A program made the translations under genes and the position numbers. The notes beneath the pieces were generated by a model, which ran no database searches, was not told the origin of the DNA, and was given only the letters and a program-made list of their open reading frames with translations. From Podarcis gaigeae (lineage: Eukaryota), in assembly GCA_964106915.2 (NCBI GenBank), contig OZ066926.1: DNA of 64,000 nt. One strand, given 5' to 3'. Numbering within the stretch: the stretch's first letter is position 1; each line of letters starts with the position of its first letter. Positions 58,456-64,000 of this stretch are shown here, piece by piece.

Positions 58456-59064
58456 CCTTGCACTTCAACCTCTTCAGCACCGTCTGAGACCGAGGAGCCC
58501 TTTTATCACTGCCAGCCCTACACCCGGACCAGCCAGAAAATGGGAAACCCCATTAAATTAATCAATATGAAATGTTTAATTGGATGGTTTTTATTTTTTT
58601 ATTTTGGATATGACGTGGCAAGATTTGATATGTTATTAATTGAGATGTTATTAATGAAAAATTAATAAAAATTTATTTATGTATTTATTTTTAAAGAAGC
58701 CAATGAGAATCTTTGTGTCCTCTCCTGGTGAGCCTCCAGCCTGGGTCCTGGGCATTGCCGGCTCAAAGGAAGCCCTTCTCAAGAAGCAAAATGGTGTTTC
58801 CTGCCATCTTGGGCCCCTCCAGGCCTGCAGGCTCCCCTGCTATAGAGAGATTCTCCCGTGGAAGGGACACTCCCGGGAGCTGGTGGACTCTCCTTCCTTG
58901 GAAGGTTTTAAGTAGAGGATGGATGGCCGTTTGCCAGGGACCATTTGATAACGGGGATTGGACTAGATGACTCTGAGTGTCCTTCCCAACTCCATTATTT
59001 CCCCGCACCCCCACCCCCTTCAGCCTAAATAGTCTCCAGGAGAGTAGTGAGAGCTAAAAGCAGG

Positions 59065-59070
59065 TTTATT
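59065..59070 (-). terminator. polyadenylation signal of globin-like copy B
   Basis: AATAAA about 75 nt after the ancestral KYR stop. Confidence 0.7.
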
Positions 59071-59201
59071 GGGCGGGGGGGGCGAGGGCGAGGCTGCCAC
59101 GTCCAGGAGGCACTTCTGCGGAGGGTGCGGCTGCTTCTCTGGCCTAGCGGTACTTGGAGGTCAGCATGACGGGGCGGCTGTCGATGGAGACGCTGGCGCT
59201 C

Positions 59202-59720
59202 TTATCTAGGAGCCCGGACGTTGACCGCCATTACCACCTGGATGTCTGGGCTCGGCAGCTGCGGGAAAAGCGAAGGCGGGGAGCGTTAGACGGAGAGGAC
59301 GGAGCGGCGCGAAGGGGCGAAGGAGGGACCCACGTGACGGGAAGAGAGAAAGACTCACCCTGGAGTTGACCGGGTCCGCGAGCAGGTTTTGGGCGGGCAG
59401 GGGGCTCGGGATGCCGAGGGCGCGGGCGACGGCTTTAATGGTGAGGCGGCAGAGTTCATCGAAAATGGACTTCTCTGGGTTCGAACTGACGGGGAGCCCG
59501 CTTCGGGAGGAGAGGGAGAAGAAGGTCAGTTTGCAGGAAAAGAGAGTAAAGAGAGTAAAGAGGAGAAGGGTCGGGCCATGGCCTCGACATCGGGAGAGGG
59601 TCCCTGCCCGACGGGGCGGGCTTACCTGGGCACAGCCCGGGCGCCGATGTCTGCGGAACGGGACGGGATCTCGGCCCAAACGGGCTGCACGTGGCTCTGG
59701 TTGACTCCGCTCAGCGCCAT
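59202..59720 (-). CDS. alpha-globin-derived 3-exon gene, copy B; predicted 97-aa heme-histidine-less mini-globin (could be a pseudogene)
   Basis: Exons 59720-59626 (95 nt, MALSGVNQSHVQPVWAEIPSRSADIGARAVP, Trp at residue 15, phase-2 intron), 59500-59359 (GLPVSSNPEKSIFDELCRLTIKAVARALGIPSPLPAQNLLADPVNSR, phase-0 intron), 59258-59202 (LPSPDIQVVMAVNVRAPR*). The ancestral ending VMLTSKYR* survives 1 nt out of frame to 59144. Globin origin is near certain; expression is unproven. Confidence 0.75.
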
Positions 59721-59764
59721 CCTGCCAGCTCAACCTCTTGGTGCCGTCGGAGCAGGGGCAGCCC

Positions 59765-59771
59765 TTTTATC
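59765..59771 (-). promoter_or_regulatory. GATAAAA TATA-position element of globin-like copy B
   Basis: GGGCGGGCGGTGATAAAAGGGC about 45 nt upstream of the ATG; same element in copies A and C. Confidence 0.65.
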
Positions 59772-60769
59772 ACCGCCCGCCCTGTCTCCCGGGTGGCGTC
59801 TCCCTCGGCCTCTGCCAGGGCGTCCTTGCCTCCCCCGGCCTGGCAAAGATCCGGGACGGGGCGCACGAGCCCTGGCAAGCGAGCATCCTCCTCGCAATTC
59901 CCGCTGCCTGCTGTCAGGCGGACACCATCGAGCATCTTCGCTGGACGCTCCCTGGGCGATGGTGACTCGGTAGTCCTGACACACACCCCCACACACACCC
60001 CGCGAGGTCGGCCAGTCAGTCTTCTTCCCCCATGGCTGCGCACTGCAGAGGGGCACGAGGGGAGGGGAGGAATGGCGCCTCCCAGAAAGCCGTGTACGGA
60101 GGTTCTCTCTCAGGTCCTCGCCTGCGGAGATGGGGGTGCAAGCTAGGACCCAAATCGAAGCAAATGGGTCGCTCTAACCCCGAAGCTAAAAGAAGAGGAG
60201 CGTGTGTGACCTTGCAGGCCATTTCTCCCCTTGTCCACGAAAGGCTGAGCATGGAAGCCAGGCAAGAAGACACCTGCAGAAGAGTCTCTTGGGAGGGCAG
60301 CTGAGCTGTGGGGGTAATGGGGGGCTGGTGCTCTATGCAGGCTTGCCATACTGGTGGAGGGAAGGAGAAGGAGAAGGCATGAGCACTTTGGGGCATCACA
60401 ATTTTGCATGACCCCCCGCCCAAAAAAACCAGGATGTCCCAGACTGTTGAGGGGTATGTGCCAGCCACATACTGACCCTCTAGGTGAGTTTTGCAGACTA
60501 CCAATTGGGAGCCGCTGATCTACAGTATTCCAAGTGTTTTTGCACCACAGGTTTGTAGAATGTCATTCTGGTAGCCAGAGTCTTGTTTTGAAATGCATTT
60601 TCAAGTGACCCCCACCCAGCATGGAATGGGCCTTTTTCACAGCTTCAGAACACAGGGTTGGCCTTTTCATCCAGCTCTCCACTACCATCTCAAGGTCTCG
60701 ATCCAGGTTGGCCACTGCCAGTTCAGACCATGAATATATATGTGTGGGGTTAAGATGTGCATTTTTTAA

Positions 60770-60975
60770 ATCACAGAATGGTAGAGTTGGAAGGGATCCC
60801 GAGGCTCATCGAGCCCAACCCCCAGCAATGAAGGAATCTCAGCTGAAGTATCCCAGACAGATGGCCAGCCAACCTCTGCTTTAAAATCTCCAAGGAAGGC
60901 GAGTCCACCACCTTCAGAGGGAGTCTGTCCCACCGTGAAACAGCTCTTGCTCTCAGAAAGTTATTCCAAGTGTTC
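60770..60975 (-). mobile_element. CR1 LINE 3' end fragment
   Basis: Minus-strand ORF NFLRARAVSRWDRLPLKVVDSPSLEILKQRL and tail TTCCAACTCTACCATTCTGTGATT. Confidence 0.8.
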
Positions 60976-61423
60976 ACAGCGCCCCCCCCAAGACAGCATT
61001 GCATGCGGCCTCAGCAACCTGAGCGCCCTGCTGGAGGAGGAGATGACCTTCTGAGGGAGTCTCTCTCCCTCCCCGTAGGGGGGCTCTGGAGGGGGCCTCC
61101 CTCCTTTCTTCCTTTGCACCCGCTCAATCCTCCCAGCCTAAAGTTCCCCACCTCTGCTTCTCCTGCAGGTGCTGGGTAATATCATCATGGTGATGGCCAC
61201 CTCAGAACCCAATTCCTAGGGACCGAGGTCCATTTGGGGTCCCCAATAAAGTACTGGAGGAGGCTGGGCCTTCCTTGTTCTCTTCAGCCAGTTTTGGCCA
61301 AACCACAGTGTGTTTCTTTTCTGATGCAGTTACAGATAGGTAGCCGTGTTGGTCTGCCATAGTCAAAACAAAATAAAAAAATTCCTTCCAGTAGCACCTT
61401 AAAGACCAACTAAGTTGTTCTAG

Positions 61424-61461
61424 GTATGAGCTTTCGTGTGCATGCACACTTCTTCAGATAC
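61424..61461 (-). ncRNA. minimal hammerhead ribozyme motif (inverted copy)
   Basis: Exact reverse complement of the 61469-61506 motif. Confidence 0.65.
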
Positions 61462-61468
61462 ACAGTGT

Positions 61469-61506
61469 GTATCTGAAGAAGTGTGCATGCACACGAAAGC
61501 TCATAC
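61469..61506 (+). ncRNA. minimal hammerhead ribozyme motif (Penelope-associated)
   Basis: GTAT CTGAAGA A GTGTG CATG CACAC GAAA GC TC ATAC: stem I, CUGANGA core, stem II, GAAA, palindromic AGCU helix III, CUC cleavage triplet. Confidence 0.65.
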
Positions 61507-62109
61507 CTAGAACAACTAGCTCATACCTAGAACAACTTAGTTGGTCTTTAAGGTGCTACTGGAAGGAATTTTTTGTTTTGTTTTTTTCTGATGCAGTTTC
61601 TTCTGACACAGAGGGGACATGGGACTCCCTGGCAGACGTGGGAAGCGAGACCCTTCTGCGGGGGCAGGTGGGCAGGGTACTAGACTGCTCTGATATACCA
61701 GAGACATCGAAATCCTTACAGGGGAAGCTGACACCCTCAGAATTATGCAGCACAAAGGTTTTACTTTTGTCATGAACTTGCTAGGCAGTCTCAGGCAAGC
61801 CACTCTCCATTTCAGCTCCTTTCTCCCATGTTCAACATGAGCAAAATAATGTTCGCATTCCTGCATTGTGAGGGTTGGACTGGATGCTCTTATTCAGTTA
61901 GTTAGCCTCTTTTGTCCACCATTTTGTCTCTATTGCAGTGGTTCTATGAGGTAGCAAGATGGCTGCCATTGCTACCTCCTATTTCCATAATAATTAATTT
62001 TTGTACCTCTTTGAACTGAATGGGTTGTTCCAGCTACTCTTGGTGACTTACTAAAGAATTACTGGGCGGATGCCATGACTGTTCAAGTGTTATAATAGTG
62101 TTTTGAATG

Positions 62110-62333
62110 TACAGCCGTACCTTGGTTTTCAAACAGCTTATTCCTTGAACGTTTTCGCTCCCAAACGTTGCAAATCTGGCAATGACTGTTCCGGTTTGCA
62201 AACTATTTTTGGAAGCTGAACGTCAGACGGGGCTTCCTGAAGCCAATTGGAAGCTGTGCTTTGGCTTCCAAAGGTTTTGGAAGTCAAACGGATTCTGGAA
62301 TGGATTCCATTCGACTTCCAAGATACAACTGTG
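62110..62333. mobile_element. Tc1/mariner MITE, second subfamily
   Basis: TACAGCCGTACCTTGG...CCAAGATACAACTGTG. Confidence 0.7.
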
Positions 62334-62972
62334 CAGAGCCGGTGTGGTGAAGTTGGTGTTATGTGGTTTTAAGACATTTGGAAATAATAGAGAAAATTCA
62401 GGAACAAAAATATAAGACTATCTCCAGACCAGCCAGAAAATGGGAAGCCCCATTCAATCAATCAATATGAAATGTTTAATTGTATTGTTTTTATTTTTTG
62501 TTTTTATTTTGGATATGACATGGCAATATTTCATATGTTCTTAATTGAGATGTTATTAATGAAAAATTAATAAAAAATATTTATTTATTTATTTATATTA
62601 AAAGAGGCCAATGAGAATCCTTGTCTCCTCTCCTGATGAGCCTCCAGCCTGGGTCCTGGGCATTGCGGCTCAAAGGAAGCCCTTCTCAAGAAGCAAAATG
62701 GTGTTTTCTGCCATCCTGGGCCCCTCCAGGCCTGCAGGCTCCCCTGCTATAGAGAGATTCCCCCGTGGAAGGGACACTCCCGGGAGCTGGTGGACTCTCC
62801 TTCCTTAGAAGGTTTTAAGCAGAGGATGGGTGGCCGCCTGCCAGGGACGATTTGATTCCGGGGATTGGACTAGATGACTCTGAGTGTCCTTCCCAACTCC
62901 ATTATTTCCCCGCACCCCCCACCCCGTTCAGCCTAAATAGACTCCGGGAGAGCAGTGAGACCTTAAAGCAGG

Positions 62973-62978
62973 TTTATT
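62973..62978 (-). terminator. polyadenylation signal of globin-like copy C
   Basis: AATAAA at the homologous position. Confidence 0.7.
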
Positions 62979-63066
62979 GGGGGGGGGGGCGAGGGCGAGG
63001 CTGCCACGTCCAGGCGGCACTTCTGCGGAGGGCGCCGGCTGCTTCTTTCGCCTAGCGTTATATGGA

Positions 63067-63592
63067 TCACAGCCCATTGGCGATGCAAGCAGCCGAGCAG
63101 AAGATGCCCATTTCCAGCTGGATGTCTGGGAACGGCACCTGCAGGAGGGGCGAAGGCGGGGAGCGTTAGAGAGAACAGAGAGACGCGAAGGGGCGAAGGA
63201 GGGACCCACGTCTGGAGCCCCCGCCCGACGGGGAGGGAGAGAGACTCACCCCGGAGTTGACGGGGTCCGCGAGCAGAAGGTTCTGGGCGGGCAGGGTGGT
63301 CAGGTTGCTGGGATCCCAGGTGAAGCTGCAGATTATCTCGAAGAGGTACTTGGTCATGTCCTCCGCTAAGGGGCGGGTTCTACGGGAGGAGGGGGAGAAG
63401 AAGGTCAGCTTGCGGGAAAGGAGAGAGTAAAGAGGAGAAGGGTCGGGCCATGGCCTCGCCATCGGGAGAGGGTCCCTGCCCCACGGGGCGGGCTTACCTG
63501 GGCACAGCCTGGGCGCGGATGTCTGCGGAACGGGACGGGATCTCGGCCCAAACGGGCTGCACGTGGCTCTGGCTGACTCCGCTCAGCGCCAT
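63067..63592 (-). CDS. alpha-globin-derived 3-exon gene, copy C; predicted 98-aa heme-histidine-less mini-globin (could be a pseudogene)
   Basis: Exons 63592-63498 (95 nt, MALSGVSQSHVQPVWAEIPSRSADIRAQAVP), 63379-63250 (TRPLAEDMTKYLFEIICSFTWDPSNLTTLPAQNLLLADPVNSG), 63138-63067 (VPFPDIQLEMGIFCSAACIANGL*); all GT-AG with frame preserved. Confidence 0.75.
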
Positions 63593-63636
63593 CCTGCCAG
63601 CTCAACCTCTTGGTGCCGTCGGAGCAGGGGCAGCCC

Positions 63637-63643
63637 TTTTATC
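63637..63643 (-). promoter_or_regulatory. GATAAAA TATA-position element of globin-like copy C
   Basis: GGGCGGGCGATGATAAAAGGGC about 45 nt upstream of the ATG. Confidence 0.65.
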
Positions 63644-64000
63644 ATCGCCCGCCCTGTCTCCCGGGTGGCGTCTCCCTCGGCCTCTGCCAGCGCGTCCCTG
63701 CCTCCCCCGGCCTCGGCAAAGATCCGGGACGGGGCGCACGAGCCCTGGGAAGTGAGCATCCTCCTCGCAATTGCCGCTGCCTGCTGCCAGACGGACACCG
63801 TCGAGCATCTTCGCTGGACGCTCCCTGGGCGATGATGACTCGCTAGTCCAGACACGCCCCCCCCCCCCCCCAGGTCGGCCAGTCAGTCTTCTTCCCCCAT
63901 TGCTGTGCACGGCAGAGGGGCACGAGGGGAAGGGAGGAATGGGGCCTCCCAGAAAGCCGTGTGCGGAGGTTCTCTCTCAGGTCCTCGCCTGCGGGTGTGG

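Larger units (their letters stand above)
58527..60127. repeat. direct duplication unit 1 (carries globin-like copy B)
   Basis: Colinear and highly similar to 62427-63994 (GACCAGCCAGAAAATGGGAA ... CAGGTCCTCGCCTGCGG). Confidence 0.95.
61332..61584. mobile_element. Penelope-like element fragment arranged as an inverted repeat
   Basis: GTAGCCGTGTTGGTCTG...GTAGCACCTTAAAGACCAAC...TATGAGCTTTCGTGTG followed by its reverse complement; flanked by a duplicated TTTTCTGATGCAGTT; absent from the paralogous site at 54330. Confidence 0.8.
61271..61886 (+). pseudogene. duplicated fragment of the Z2 linker exon with flanking intron
   Basis: Matches 54281-54680 (TTCCTTGTTCTCTTCAGCCAGTTTTGGCC...SSDTEGTWDSLAD...), with an internal deletion of about 19 nt and a Penelope-like insertion at the acceptor. 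Confidence 0.85.
62427..63994. repeat. direct duplication unit 2 (carries globin-like copy C)
   Basis: Colinear with 58527-60127. Confidence 0.95.

Noticed and set aside
59206-60146. Several 100-190 aa ORFs on both strands around copy B, and their counterparts at 63.2-63.9 kb
   Set aside because: GC-rich read-through of introns and promoter; lengths and frames differ between the two duplicates, whereas the spliced globin frame is conserved.

Overview
Vertebrate (squamate, probably lacertid lizard, judging from Sauria-type SINEs with TTTACC tails) genomic DNA. Left to right: a complete 9-coding-exon SGF29/CCDC101 gene (+, 293 aa); a convergent 7-coding-exon SULT1A-like sulfotransferase (-, 295 aa, one GC-AG intron); two head-to-head SCAN/degenerate-KRAB/C2H2 zinc-finger genes, one keeping the extended retrotransposon-capsid SCAN; and at 57-64 kb three tandem alpha-globin-derived genes (-) that the ORF track does not show as such. 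Two of these (B, C) splice in frame into 97-98 aa mini-globins lacking the C helix/CD corner and both heme histidines (F8 His to Pro). Their exon 2 is hypervariable while flanks, exon 1 and intron 1 are nearly identical. The third (A) is a frameshifted pseudogene with a solo LTR inserted in its exon-2 donor. Repeats include SINEs, L2/CR1 fragments, Tc1/mariner and hAT MITEs, solo LTRs and Penelope-like fragments with minimal hammerhead ribozyme motifs. All calls were read by eye; family names come from recalled sequences, not database searches.
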